Program-made: the position numbers and the translations under genes | The notes under the pieces: model-generated | The model's input: only the letters and a program-made list of their open reading frames with translations | Databases searched by the model: none | What the model was told of the DNA's origin: nothing | Shown here: positions 47,619-57,014 of the stretch, piece by piece | Layout: each line of letters begins with the position of its first letter | Numbering within the stretch: position 1 is the first letter of the stretch | Origin: Candidatus Latescibacterota bacterium | GTDB lineage: Bacteria; Latescibacterota; UBA2968; GCA-2709665 | Reading direction: 5' to 3' | Assembly (NCBI GenBank): GCA_965222075.1 | Contig: OZ244937.1 | Span: forward strand, 4,416,001 to 4,480,000 | DNA: 64,000 bases

Positions 47619-49085
47619 ATGGCCCAGTTGCCCATCATCCTCGGCCTCTCCCTTTACATCCTCTTCACCCTCCTGGTTGGACTCTACGCCGGAAGGCGGG
47701 TCAAAGCCTCTGCCGACTTCATCGTCGCCGGACGGCGACTGGGCATCATTCTGGCTACCGGCACCCTGGCCGCCACCTGGTTTGGCGGCGGTATCGTCAT
47801 CGGCGCAGCCAGCGAAGCCTACAAACACGGGTTCCTGGGCGTCATCGCCGACCCCTTCGGCGCGGCCCTCTGCCTCTTTCTCGCCGGGCTCTTCTACGTG
47901 CGCATCCTGCGCCGCATGGGGCTTACCACCATCGCCGGCTTCTTCGAGATCCGCTTTGGAAAGCAGGCCGGGCTCATCGCCGCGCTCTGCACAATTCCCG
48001 CCTATGTGGGGTGGGTGGCCTCCCTGATGGTCGCCTTTGGCCGGGTCATCCAGTCTTTAATCGGCCTGGACCCGACCCTGGGCATCTGCATCGGGGCCGC
48101 GATCGTCCTGGTCTACACAGCCGCGGGCGGCATGTGGGCCGTCACCCTCACCGATTTTCTCCAGGTCGCCGTCCTCACCCTGGGCCTGGTGGTCATCGCC
48201 CCCCTCCTGATCCAGGACATGGGAGGCTGGTCTGCGGTTCGGATGCAGATTTCCGACGATCGGTTCTACCTCTATCCCCGCAATGCCGATTTCACCGCGT
48301 GGTTCAACTATGCCCGCGACTGGCTTGTGATCGGCCTGGGCAACCTGGCCGGACAGGATCTCATCCAGCGCAGCCTCTCCAGCCGAAACGAATCGGTCGC
48401 CCAGAACAGCGCCTATCTGGCAGGGCTGCTTTACGTCACTGTGGGCCTCCTGCCGGTCTTTCTGGGCATTGCAGGCGCTGTCATCTTTCCCGACCTGGCC
48501 GACCCCGACCTGGTGATGATGAAGTTGGGAATGAAGTACCTCTCGCCCATAGGCGTCGCCGTCTTCTTAGGCGCCCTGGTCTCGGCCCTGATGAGCAGCG
48601 CCGACAGCGCCCTGCTGGCCCCCGCCAGCGTGATCGGATGGGACCTGGTCCGGTACTTTCGCCCCCACACGGAGGAACGCCGCACCCTCCAGATCTGCCG
48701 CTGGAGCGTGCCCGTACTCGGCCTCGCCTCCCTCTACCTGGCCCTGGCTCACAACACGGTTTACTCCCTTATGGTCGATTCCTGGTCGATCCTCCTGGCC
48801 ACCCTCTTTGTGCCTCTCACCGCCGGCATCTGGTGGCCCCGGGCCAATGCTCCGGGCGCGCTGGCCAGCATGGGCGCCGGTCTGATCGCCTGGCTGCTCC
48901 TGCTTCGGGCCGTCCCCAACCTGCCCGCGGACCTGCTGGCCGTCCCGGTCGCCCTCATTTGCCTGGTACTCGTCAGTCTGGCCACGTCGCGCACCACTCC
49001 GCCCAGGCCCCTGGCCGACGCCTCGGGCCGCCCCCTGGCTTTCCAGGACCGGCTCGGACTGCGCGGTTGTTCTTCCGTATTCTGA
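47619..49085 (+). CDS. Sodium:solute symporter
   Basis: DFIVAGRRL, ATWFGG, GGMWAV..TD..Q, SALMSSADS. Confidence 0.92.
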   Translation: MAQLPIILGLSLYILFTLLVGLYAGRRVKASADFIVAGRRLGIILATGTLAATWFGGGIVIGAASEAYKHGFLGVIADPFGAALCLFLAGLFYVRILRRMGLTTIAGFFEIRFGKQAGLIAALCTIPAYVGWVASLMVAFGRVIQSLIGLDPTLGICIGAAIVLVYTAAGGMWAVTLTDFLQVAVLTLGLVVIAPLLIQDMGGWSAVRMQISDDRFYLYPRNADFTAWFNYARDWLVIGLGNLAGQDLIQRSLSSRNESVAQNSAYLAGLLYVTVGLLPVFLGIAGAVIFPDLADPDLVMMKLGMKYLSPIGVAVFLGALVSALMSSADSALLAPASVIGWDLVRYFRPHTEERRTLQICRWSVPVLGLASLYLALAHNTVYSLMVDSWSILLATLFVPLTAGIWWPRANAPGALASMGAGLIAWLLLLRAVPNLPADLLAVPVALICLVLVSLATSRTTPPRPLADASGRPLAFQDRLGLRGCSSVF

Positions 49086-49119
49086 CTTCTGTATTCCGGA
49101 TGGAGGGGCGGTGGCGTTT

Positions 49120-49881
49120 TCACGTCTTTTTGCTTCCAACCCGATTGATTCGGCTGGCCGCAACCCCGGCGCCGAAACCGTTGTCGATATTGACCACGGT
49201 CACCCCCGGCGCGCAACTGTTCAGAATGCCCAGAAGCGCCGCCAGGCCACCAAAACTGGCACCGTAGCCGATGCTGGTCGGCACTGCCACAACCGGAACA
49301 TCCACCAGTCCTCCCACCACGCTGGCCAGCGCCCCTTCCATGCCGGCGGCCACCACAATCACGCTCGCCTCTGAGATCTTCTCCTGGTGGGCCAGCAGCC
49401 GGTGGATGCCAGAAACGCCCACATCGTAGAGCTTCTCCACCCGGTTGCCCATCACCTCGGCCGTAACTACTGCTTCCTCGGCCACGGGCAGGTCCGACGT
49501 CCCCGCCGAAATCACCAGCACCGTTCCATCCGCAACCTCTGCCTCTTCCCCGCGAACCACAACCGTTCGCGCCACCTTGTTGTATTCTGCGCCCTGCAGG
49601 GCCGCCAGCAGCGCCTCTCCCGTGCCGCTCTCCGCCCGGGTGGCCAGCAGCGTTGATCCCGCAGCCACGATCCGCCGTGAAATCTCCACCACCTGCTCCA
49701 CCGTCTTGCCCTCGCACAGCACCACCTCCGGAAACCCCTGGCGCATTGCCCGGTGGTGGTCTATACGGGCGAACCCCAGGTCTTCGAAGGGCAGCCTTTC
49801 AAGCCGGGCCATGGCCTCTTCTACCCCCACAGCCCCTGCCTTCACCTCATCTAAGAGCCTTCGAATCCGTTTGGGCGTCAC
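49120..49881 (-). CDS. larB: Nickel-pincer cofactor biosynthesis protein LarB
   Basis: ARIDHHR..RQGFPEVV, AGTSDLPVAEEA, DVGVSGIHRL, AGMEGAL, VPTSIGYG, VVNIDNGFGA. Confidence 0.92.
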   Translation of the reverse strand: MTPKRIRRLLDEVKAGAVGVEEAMARLERLPFEDLGFARIDHHRAMRQGFPEVVLCEGKTVEQVVEISRRIVAAGSTLLATRAESGTGEALLAALQGAEYNKVARTVVVRGEEAEVADGTVLVISAGTSDLPVAEEAVVTAEVMGNRVEKLYDVGVSGIHRLLAHQEKISEASVIVVAAGMEGALASVVGGLVDVPVVAVPTSIGYGASFGGLAALLGILNSCAPGVTVVNIDNGFGAGVAASRINRVGSKKT

Positions 49882-49993
49882 CTTCTGGTCCCCTCGTTCC
49901 TTACCCAGGGCCACGATCAGGGCGTGGCGATCTGACAGCGATTTCTCTCTGGGGGCATATGAAAAACAAACCAACAAGATAAGTCAATAAAAT

Positions 49994-50034
49994 AAAAAGC
50001 GCCCGAACCCCTTGAGATCCGCACGCCTTTTTTT
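49994..50034 (-). terminator. Putative intrinsic terminator after the 42-aa gene
   Basis: Imperfect GC stem flanked by A and T tracts. Confidence 0.55.
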
Positions 50035-50052
50035 GTTCTGGTGCTCTGTGCA

Positions 50053-50181
50053 TCAGTTGGGGTGAATCCACAACCTTTTCCACTGCCGCATCACGTACAT
50101 ATGGCGCCTCGCCCGGGCATACCGCTCTAAGATCTCGATCACCTTCAAACGCAGCGCCAGCTTGCGCAGATCCACTTTCAT
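50053..50181 (-). CDS. Small basic protein, 42 aa, unknown function
   Basis: MKVDLRKLALRLKVIEILERYARARRHMYVMRQWKRLWIHPN*; AAGGAGGT RBS; own promoter and terminator; below the ORF-track cutoff. Confidence 0.7.
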   Translation of the reverse strand: MKVDLRKLALRLKVIEILERYARARRHMYVMRQWKRLWIHPN

Positions 50182-50226
50182 AACGACCTCCTTCCCGAAA
50201 ACAATCAGTCGGAGACCCTCTTACTC

Positions 50227-50255
50227 ATAATAAGGCCGTCCCCCTCAAAAGTCAA
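50227..50255 (-). promoter_or_regulatory. Sigma70-type promoter for the 42-aa gene
   Basis: TTGACT-17 bp-TATTAT on the minus strand. Confidence 0.7.
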
Positions 50256-50317
50256 GCCGTAAACCCAGTCCTTGATTTTTATCTCGTATCTCGTATCTTT
50301 TGCTGACCCTCAACTGA

Positions 50318-50463
50318 ATTTTGGATTGCGGATCTACCGGACGATTGGCTAACGCCTGCCTGCCGAGCATCCATCCGGCGCAGGCAGGTCTCCGGCGGGC
50401 TGGCGCCACCGGATCGTCTCCCTTCCCTGGAATAAAGGCGCTGCAATCCGAAATCAGAAATCC
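50318..50463 (+). repeat. Composite palindromic repeat, copy C (50339..50421), inside an inverted heptamer shell
   Basis: ATTTTGG ATTGCGG AT [GGACGATTGGCTAACG CCTGCCTG...CAGGCAGG TCTCC...GGATCGTCTCC] AATCCGA AATCAGA AATCC. Confidence 0.85.
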
Positions 50464-50483
50464 TTTTCTGCCCTGGAGGCCCC

Positions 50484-51245
50484 ATGTCCGAGAACAAACT
50501 CAAGACCAAGCTCAAAAATGGAGAGGTGGTCCTGGGCCCCTTCGTCAACCTCGGCCCCGGCGCCCTCATCGAAATTGCGGCCTATGCCGGATTCGACTTC
50601 GTCATCATCGACACCGAACACGGCCCCCTCGACATTCCAACCGCAGAAGACCTCTGCCGGGTGGCGCACGGCGCGGACATCACCCCGATCGTCCGGGTTC
50701 GGGAGAACGACCCGCCGCAGATCCTCCGGGCCCTCGATATCGGCGCGGCGGGCGTGCAGGTCCCCCAGATCTGCTCAAAAGCCGACGCCGAGGCCCTCGT
50801 CCGCGCGGCCAAGTACGCCCCCCTGGGACTGCGCGGCGTATCTCCCTACACCAGGGCGGCACGCTATTTTGCCGACGGCCCTCAGATCTTTGACCGGCTC
50901 AACGAAGAATCGATGGTCTTAATCCACGTAGAAGGCGTAGAAGGCCTTGAAAACCTGAGAGATATCACCTCTGTTCCCGGCCTCGACGTCATCTTCCTGG
51001 GCCCCTACGACCTTTCGCAATCCCTCGGTATCCCCGGCCAGGTCAACGATCCCCGGGTGGTGGATCGGATGAAAGAGGCCGCAGTACAGATCAGCAGGGC
51101 CGGCCTAACCGTGGGCACCTTTGCCGACGGCCCCGAAGCCGCCAAACGCTGGATTGACGCGGGCGTCCGCTATGTGGCCCTCTCTGTGGACACCGGCATC
51201 TACCTCCACGGCTGTCGGAGCATGGTCCAGGCCGTGAGGGGATAG
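50484..51245 (+). CDS. HpcH/HpaI aldolase family
   Basis: GFDFVIIDTEHG, RALDIGA.GV.VP, YAPLGLRG, FLGPYDLS. Confidence 0.92.
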   Translation: MSENKLKTKLKNGEVVLGPFVNLGPGALIEIAAYAGFDFVIIDTEHGPLDIPTAEDLCRVAHGADITPIVRVRENDPPQILRALDIGAAGVQVPQICSKADAEALVRAAKYAPLGLRGVSPYTRAARYFADGPQIFDRLNEESMVLIHVEGVEGLENLRDITSVPGLDVIFLGPYDLSQSLGIPGQVNDPRVVDRMKEAAVQISRAGLTVGTFADGPEAAKRWIDAGVRYVALSVDTGIYLHGCRSMVQAVRG

Positions 51246-51262
51246 GACGGGCGCCTTACCCT

Positions 51263-51307
51263 AAAAAGGTGGGACGATCCTCAAAAACGGACCGTCCCAC
51301 CTTTTTT
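51263..51307. terminator. Bidirectional intrinsic terminator
   Basis: AAAAAGGTGGGACG...CGTCCCACCTTTTTT between convergent genes. Confidence 0.8.
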
Positions 51308-51326
51308 CTGCTGCAAAGGACAGAGA

Positions 51327-51785
51327 TTACGAATCGTCGTCGCTGCTCAACGGGAGGCCTTCGGTTGTAAGCACGCGGCGTCTTGGGCGGTCCACCATCG
51401 AGGGATTTCTCTCCCGTATCTCCTGGCACTCCAGAGTATACCGCGCGGTCGGGATCGCTTTTAAACGGGCTTCATTGATCGGCTCTCCGGAGTCCTCACA
51501 GATCCCGTAGGTCCCGTTCTCGATCTTCGCCAGCGCATGGTCGATTTCCGCCAGTTCGACCCTCTCGTTATTTCCCAGGGTGGACATCAACTCCAAAGAG
51601 GACGCGTAGCCCGCCATATCGAGTGGATCGGCCGAATGATCGCCCCGCAATTCGTCGATATCATCATCCTGCGTAAGCACCTGTTTTAAAAGCTCTTTCT
51701 TCCGATCTGAGAGCAAATTTTGGTAAAAGGTCAGCTTCTTTTTGGGCATTCTCCTGGCCGCTTTTTTCGTCGTTTTCTTGGCCAT
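51327..51785 (-). CDS. dksA: DksA/TraR family protein (2-Cys variant)
   Basis: DPLDMA tip motif; GTYGICEDSGEPI..ARLKAIPTARYTLECQE. Confidence 0.85.
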   Translation of the reverse strand: MAKKTTKKAARRMPKKKLTFYQNLLSDRKKELLKQVLTQDDDIDELRGDHSADPLDMAGYASSLELMSTLGNNERVELAEIDHALAKIENGTYGICEDSGEPINEARLKAIPTARYTLECQEIRERNPSMVDRPRRRVLTTEGLPLSSDDDS

Positions 51786-51965
51786 AAGCCTATCTGAACC
51801 TCCTGTATACCGAATACCGGCCTGCTCCAGTATCTTACTGTCTATGTTAGATCGGCAGCCGTCGTCTCTTTCTTCAATAATTTGAACCGTTTTTCTGCGT
51901 ATGGGTTCAAGTAAATCAAGGGGTTACAACTGGACGACCTTTTTTCTTTAAACTCAGCCCACCTC

Positions 51966-52643
51966 TTACTCCTCGCTTTTACACGAAGGGCAGAGCACCC
52001 CGATCTCACACCCCTCGCAGTTGGGGGACCGGGCGGTGCAGGTTGCCCGCCCGTGGCGGATCAAAAGGTGGGAAAAAACCGTCCAGTCCTCTCTGGGTAC
52101 AAGCACCATCAGATCCTGCTCAATCTTGACCGGGTCCTGGTGCCCGGTCAGCTCCAGCCGGTTGGAAATCCGCCGCACGTGGGTATCCACCACCACCCCT
52201 TCCGCCGTATCAAACGCATTGCCCAGCACCACATTGGCGGTCTTTCGGCCGACCCCCTCCAGCGCGGTCAGCGCCTCCATAGAAGCCGGAACCTCGCCCC
52301 CGTGCCTTTCCACCAGCGCCCGACAGCACGCCCGGATGGCCTTCGCCTTGTTCCGGAAAAACCCGGTAGAGCGGATGGTCTCCTCCAGCTCCTCTGTGGG
52401 CGCCTCCGCGTAATCCGCTGCGGCCGGGTACCTCTGAAAAAGCCCCGGTGTCACGCTATTCACCCGCTCGTCCGTACACTGTGCCGACAGAATCGTAGCG
52501 ATCAGCAGCTCCAGCGGATTGGAGTAGACCAGCGAACAGTTTGCATCTGGAAACAGCGCTTTTAACCGGGCGATAATTTTTCGAGTCCGGGCCTTCCGTC
52601 CTTTTACATTCTCTTCTACTGGAAACCGGGGGCCGTTCATCAT
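51966..52643 (-). CDS. nth: Endonuclease III
   Basis: LSAQCTDERVN, GVGRKTANVV, VDTHV, 4Fe-4S Cys cluster. Confidence 0.96.
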   Translation of the reverse strand: MMNGPRFPVEENVKGRKARTRKIIARLKALFPDANCSLVYSNPLELLIATILSAQCTDERVNSVTPGLFQRYPAAADYAEAPTEELEETIRSTGFFRNKAKAIRACCRALVERHGGEVPASMEALTALEGVGRKTANVVLGNAFDTAEGVVVDTHVRRISNRLELTGHQDPVKIEQDLMVLVPREDWTVFSHLLIRHGRATCTARSPNCEGCEIGVLCPSCKSEE

Positions 52644-52654
52644 TGTGCTCTCCC

Positions 52655-53269
52655 CTACCGCCGCTGTCTGTATAGCGCCGGTTCAACACCCCCCACCATC
52701 CCCTTTGAATCGAGCCTGTGTTCAAGAAATCGGTTGATCCGTTCGACCCAGTGCTCCGGATCCTCTAAGATCTTGTTGTAATCGGCGTAAAAAACATCTG
52801 TATTCGGCTGCCTCGCCAACCACGCCTCAACCCCTCTCAGGTGTTTCTGAAATATCCCCGCCATTTTTTCGTCACCCACAGGATCGGCAGACACAGCGCC
52901 CCTCCTGATAAGCATCTGGTGCTGGGAAGTCAGAACCTCCTCCATCTTCCTTTTCATAAAGATAATCTTGTAAGGATATCCCGCGGGCAAATACTTCAAA
53001 AGCTCCGAGACAATTTTGACTACCCTGCCTTTGGCCTCGTCCAGCCAGGACGGGTCGTGCTTCAGTTCCTTGACCTTTTCAAATTCATAATACCCCTTCA
53101 AATTGTCTTCATCCGCCGCCCTGAGCTGATCGGTCAGGACTTCCATGCCCCCGGCCTCAAGCATCTGCATCATCATCGACGTGCCGGAGCGGGGCAGCCC
53201 TGAAACAACCGTAATTTCACGCTCCTTCCCTCCCGATGTCCCCTCACCCTTTCTACGCCCAGGATTCAA
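52655..53269 (-). CDS. Sulfotransferase-domain protein
   Basis: VSGLPRSGTSMMMQML PAPS-loop, N.KGYYE. Confidence 0.8.
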   Translation of the reverse strand: MNPGRRKGEGTSGGKEREITVVSGLPRSGTSMMMQMLEAGGMEVLTDQLRAADEDNLKGYYEFEKVKELKHDPSWLDEAKGRVVKIVSELLKYLPAGYPYKIIFMKRKMEEVLTSQHQMLIRRGAVSADPVGDEKMAGIFQKHLRGVEAWLARQPNTDVFYADYNKILEDPEHWVERINRFLEHRLDSKGMVGGVEPALYRQRR

Positions 53270-54993
53270 TCCAATCTCCTTAATGGTAAGTCAAAATGCG
53301 CCAGCAGATCAGCCACCGCTGTCGTGTTGAGCACGTCATCCCCCCTGAGTCCCCCCTTCCGTGCGATCCCTACACCATAGCCCATGTGCGCCAGATCCGC
53401 CACGCTGTGCGCATCCGTATTGATCGAAATCTTCACGCCCTGCTCCCGTGCGTGCCCCAGATGTCGCCAGTCCAGATCCAGCCGATGGGGATTGGCGTTT
53501 AGCTCCATCGCCGTCCCGGATTCGGCGGCCGCATCGATCACCGTGTGGACATCCAGGGCATACCCCTCCCGTGACAGAAGCAACCGCCCGGTCGGGTGTC
53601 CCAGAATATCTACGTGCGGATTTTGCACCGCCCGAACGATCCGCTCCGTCGCCTCTGCCTCGGACATTGTAAACCTCGAATGCACCGAAGCCACCACCAG
53701 GTCGAACTCGGCAAGAAAATCGTCCTCAAAATCGAGCTGTCCATCCCCCAAAATATCCACCTCAATTCCCTTCAGCACCCGGATGTTCTTCAGCGCTTTG
53801 TTGACCCGGTCGATCTCCTTCCACTGCGCCCGCACCCGGTCCTCCGTCAACCCGTTGGCATAGGCCGCCGCCTGGCTGTGGTCACAGATGCCGATATAGT
53901 GGTACCCAAGGCTGGCCGCTGCGCGGGCCATCGCCTCTACATCCGCCCGTCCATCGCTGTAGGTGGTATGCACATGCAGCGTCCCCAACAGATCTTCCAT
54001 ACACACCAACTCGGAAAAATCCCCCTGTTCCGCCTGCTCGATCTCTCCCAGCCCTTCTCGGAACTCCGGTGGGATATAGGCCAATCCCAGCGCCTTGAAA
54101 AGCGCCGTCTCATCCTCACAGGGCACCCGCTCCTCCCCCTGGAAAAGCCCGTACTCGTTCAGCTTCATCCCCCTGTCTCTGGCCCGCTGTCGCATCAGCG
54201 TATTGTGCTCCTGGCTCCCGGTAAAATGATGCAGCGTATACGGAAAATTCTCGTCGCCCACAATCCGCAAATCCGCCTGCATCCCCGATTTCAACACCAC
54301 GCTGACCTTGGTCTGGCCCTGTCCCGTCACCTGTTTCACCCGGTCGCAATTCACAAACGCCTCGGCCAGCCCGGCCGGGTCCTCCGAACTGGCCACCACA
54401 TCCACATCTTTGGTCGTCTCCTTACAGCGTCGGATGCTCCCGGCCACCTCCAGCCGGATCACGCCTGGCTGCTCCAGCAGATACGCCCGCATCTTCTCCG
54501 CCTCTGCCAGCGCCGTACTGTAGAGAAACCGCCCCCGGTGCTGTTGCAGAAAGTCGATCCCCTGCAGGATGCGCTCCGCCGTCTTCTTGCCGAACCCGCT
54601 CAGCTTCTCCACCTCTCCCGCCTCACAGGCCTTTGCCAGCGCGTCCACATCTGAAATCCCCAGCTTTTCATAAATCGCCCGCACCCGTTTGGCCCCAAGC
54701 CCCGGGATCTCCAGCATCTCTAAGAGCCCTTCGGGGATGGAATCCATCAGTTTCTGATAAGCCTCCATCTGCCCCGTCTGCACCAGTTCCGTAATATCTC
54801 GCACAAGCCCCTTCCCAATCCCCCGAACCGAATCCAGCTCCCCTCGCTCAACCAGCTCCCTCACAGGCTCCTGAAGCATCTCAACCTGCCTGGCCGCATT
54901 CGTATAAGCCCGGCACCGGAACGCATTCTCCCCCTTCAACTCCATCAGCGTCGCCACCTCTTCCAGCGCCGCAGCGACATCTTTGTTGTCCAT
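53266..54993 (-). CDS. polX: DNA polymerase X / PHP 3'-5' exonuclease
   Basis: GENAFR, GSIRR, KDVD and ADLR catalytic aspartates, HFTGS, PHP motifs HVHT, DHS, HPTGR, NTDAH. Confidence 0.95.
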   Translation of the reverse strand: MDNKDVAAALEEVATLMELKGENAFRCRAYTNAARQVEMLQEPVRELVERGELDSVRGIGKGLVRDITELVQTGQMEAYQKLMDSIPEGLLEMLEIPGLGAKRVRAIYEKLGISDVDALAKACEAGEVEKLSGFGKKTAERILQGIDFLQQHRGRFLYSTALAEAEKMRAYLLEQPGVIRLEVAGSIRRCKETTKDVDVVASSEDPAGLAEAFVNCDRVKQVTGQGQTKVSVVLKSGMQADLRIVGDENFPYTLHHFTGSQEHNTLMRQRARDRGMKLNEYGLFQGEERVPCEDETALFKALGLAYIPPEFREGLGEIEQAEQGDFSELVCMEDLLGTLHVHTTYSDGRADVEAMARAAASLGYHYIGICDHSQAAAYANGLTEDRVRAQWKEIDRVNKALKNIRVLKGIEVDILGDGQLDFEDDFLAEFDLVVASVHSRFTMSEAEATERIVRAVQNPHVDILGHPTGRLLLSREGYALDVHTVIDAAAESGTAMELNANPHRLDLDWRHLGHAREQGVKISINTDAHSVADLAHMGYGVGIARKGGLRGDDVLNTTAVADLLAHFDLPLRRLD

Positions 54994-55026
54994 TTCGGGT
55001 ACCCCTCACAACACACGACTCGCTAC

Positions 55027-55617
55027 TCACAACTCCAAACGCTCCCCTTCCTCCTCTCCTCTGGTCTCCCCCACCTCATCCAGCAACCGGTTGTTCCTCG
55101 CAATATTGACAGGCGTCTGGATCAGGGCGATCAGGTTGACCACTAAGCTGATAACCGCCAGCGCTTCGTGTGCAATGGCAAACACCGACCGGCCCGCTTC
55201 TGGATTCGGCCGCAGCAGATCGGCGTGGACGCCTCCCCCGATCATCGCGGTCGCCATAATCAACAGAATCCCAAACGTCAGCCAGTAGAAAAACGCCCCT
55301 TTAAACGCCCTTGTCCGGGCCAGAAACACGGCGTCCAGATTCCGCTCCCGCACCTCCGCCTTGATCGCCGCCCCTGTTCCCATAAAATAAAACATCGTCG
55401 TCGTATGGGTCAAAACCGTCAGAATCGCCGTTATCAGCCCCACCCGCACGTGGGTGCCCACCTCCACATCCATCCACCCCAAAGACATTGCATATCCCAT
55501 CCCGAAAGACACCAGCAGCATCGGTAGGGTCACCAGCCCCATCGCCATAATCGCAGCCTGCATCGTCGTTGCCCTTATACCTTCGGAAGCCCCCTGCTGC
55601 GGCTCCTCGCGTCTCAC
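55027..55617 (-). CDS. Hypothetical four-TM membrane protein
   Basis: Four hydrophobic helices with His residues; GGGGAGGT RBS before GTG. Confidence 0.7.
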   Translation of the reverse strand: MRREEPQQGASEGIRATTMQAAIMAMGLVTLPMLLVSFGMGYAMSLGWMDVEVGTHVRVGLITAILTVLTHTTTMFYFMGTGAAIKAEVRERNLDAVFLARTRAFKGAFFYWLTFGILLIMATAMIGGGVHADLLRPNPEAGRSVFAIAHEALAVISLVVNLIALIQTPVNIARNNRLLDEVGETRGEEEGERLEL

Positions 55618-55801
55618 CCCGGACCTCCCCGGATTTGGGTTCGAATGCGTACGTCCCCTTGTTCACCAACCGCAGAACTGAATGAGGAAGCCTCAAATTT
55701 CTATGGACATTTGGGAGACAGTCGTTATTTTGTAGGTCCTCTACACGCTACCGGAATATAGAGAGAGATAAAGCATCCGTCAACTGCTATGGAGACCATC
55801 C

Positions 55802-55889
55802 ATGGCTCAAATACCGATAATCGCTGTCGCGGGCCTGGGCTGATATCCGGATCGAGGAATCCAGGGAACCTGGTGCGGTTGATCGAACA
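55802..55889 (+). pseudogene. Rossmann-fold gene stub (nucleotide-sugar dehydrogenase-like)
   Basis: GGAG RBS, MAQIPIIAVAGLG*, then out-of-frame DIRIEE...DRT. Confidence 0.4.
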
Positions 55890-55934
55890 GTGCCGAAAAC
55901 GGTCCCAATTTTAAAACCTGAGAAAGGACATTCC

Positions 55935-56999
55935 ATGCGTCAAGCATCCAGGGCCTTTTTAGAAACCCTCGTCAACGCGCCGGGCCCTTCAGGCTACGAG
56001 GGACCTGTCCGTGAAGCCTGGAAAGAGGAAGTCGAAAAGGTCGCGGACGAGGTCACCGTGGACCTGCACGGCAACGCCATCGCCGTGTGCAACAAAAGCG
56101 GTGCCCCGCGCATCATGCTGGCCGGCCATATGGACGAACTGGGTTTTCAGATCATCCACATTGACGACGACGGCTATCTCTATATTGAAACCATCGGCGG
56201 ATTCGACCTGGGCATCGTGCCCGGCCGCAAGATACGCATTCACACGCAGTCCGGACCGGTGTTGGGTGTCATCGGCAAAAAGCCGATCCACTTGATGAAC
56301 GAGGGAGAACGCAAAAAGGTCCCGGAAAAGCACGACCTGTGGATCGACATCGGCGTCAAGGACGGCAAAGAGGCCAGAAAACGCGTGGCCATCGGCGATC
56401 CCGTCACCTACGACGCCAACTTTGAACTGCTGCGCCGCAGCCTGGCTGTCTCCCGCGGGTTCGACAACAAAATGGGCGCCTACATCGTGGCCGAGACCCT
56501 GCGCTGTGTCAGCCAATCTAAAAAAAGGCCGAAGGCGGCGCTCTACGCGGTGGCCACCGTGCAGGAGGAGGTCGGCCTGCGAGGAGCCCGGACCAGCGCC
56601 TACGGGATCGACCCGCTCGTCGGCATTGCCTTGGACGTCACCTGCGCAACGGACCATCCCGGCACCGACAAACGCAAGGAAGGAGACGTCAGAATCGGCG
56701 GCGGCCCCGTCATTACGCGGGGCGCCAACGTCAACCCCGTGGTCTTCAACCGCCTCGGTGCCGCCGCAGAGGAAGCCAGAATCCCCTACCAGGTCTCCGC
56801 CGCGCCCGGGGGCACCGGCACCGACGCCAACGCCATGCAGCTCACCCGCGCCGGTGTGGCCACCGGCCTGGTCAGCGTGCCCCTGCGCTACATGCACACC
56901 CCCGTCGAAATCCTGTCCCTCCAGGACCTGGACCACACCGTCAAACTGCTGACAGAGTTCATCCTGAATGTAGGCGAAAAGACCAGCTTTATCCCCTGA
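55935..56999 (+). CDS. M42 family aminopeptidase
   Basis: PGPSGYE, GHMDELG, DNK, VQEEVGLRGA, GTDA, RYMHTP. Confidence 0.93.
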   Translation: MRQASRAFLETLVNAPGPSGYEGPVREAWKEEVEKVADEVTVDLHGNAIAVCNKSGAPRIMLAGHMDELGFQIIHIDDDGYLYIETIGGFDLGIVPGRKIRIHTQSGPVLGVIGKKPIHLMNEGERKKVPEKHDLWIDIGVKDGKEARKRVAIGDPVTYDANFELLRRSLAVSRGFDNKMGAYIVAETLRCVSQSKKRPKAALYAVATVQEEVGLRGARTSAYGIDPLVGIALDVTCATDHPGTDKRKEGDVRIGGGPVITRGANVNPVVFNRLGAAAEEARIPYQVSAAPGGTGTDANAMQLTRAGVATGLVSVPLRYMHTPVEILSLQDLDHTVKLLTEFILNVGEKTSFIP

Positions 57000-57014
57000 A
57001 GCGGGAGACTTTGG

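Noticed and set aside
35566-50421. Palindromic repeats as a CRISPR array
   Set aside because: Copies are kilobases apart, with no regular spacers and no cas genes.
55841-55843. TGA readthrough or selenocysteine in the Rossmann stub
   Set aside because: The frame hits another stop shortly after, and all other genes use TGA as a normal stop.
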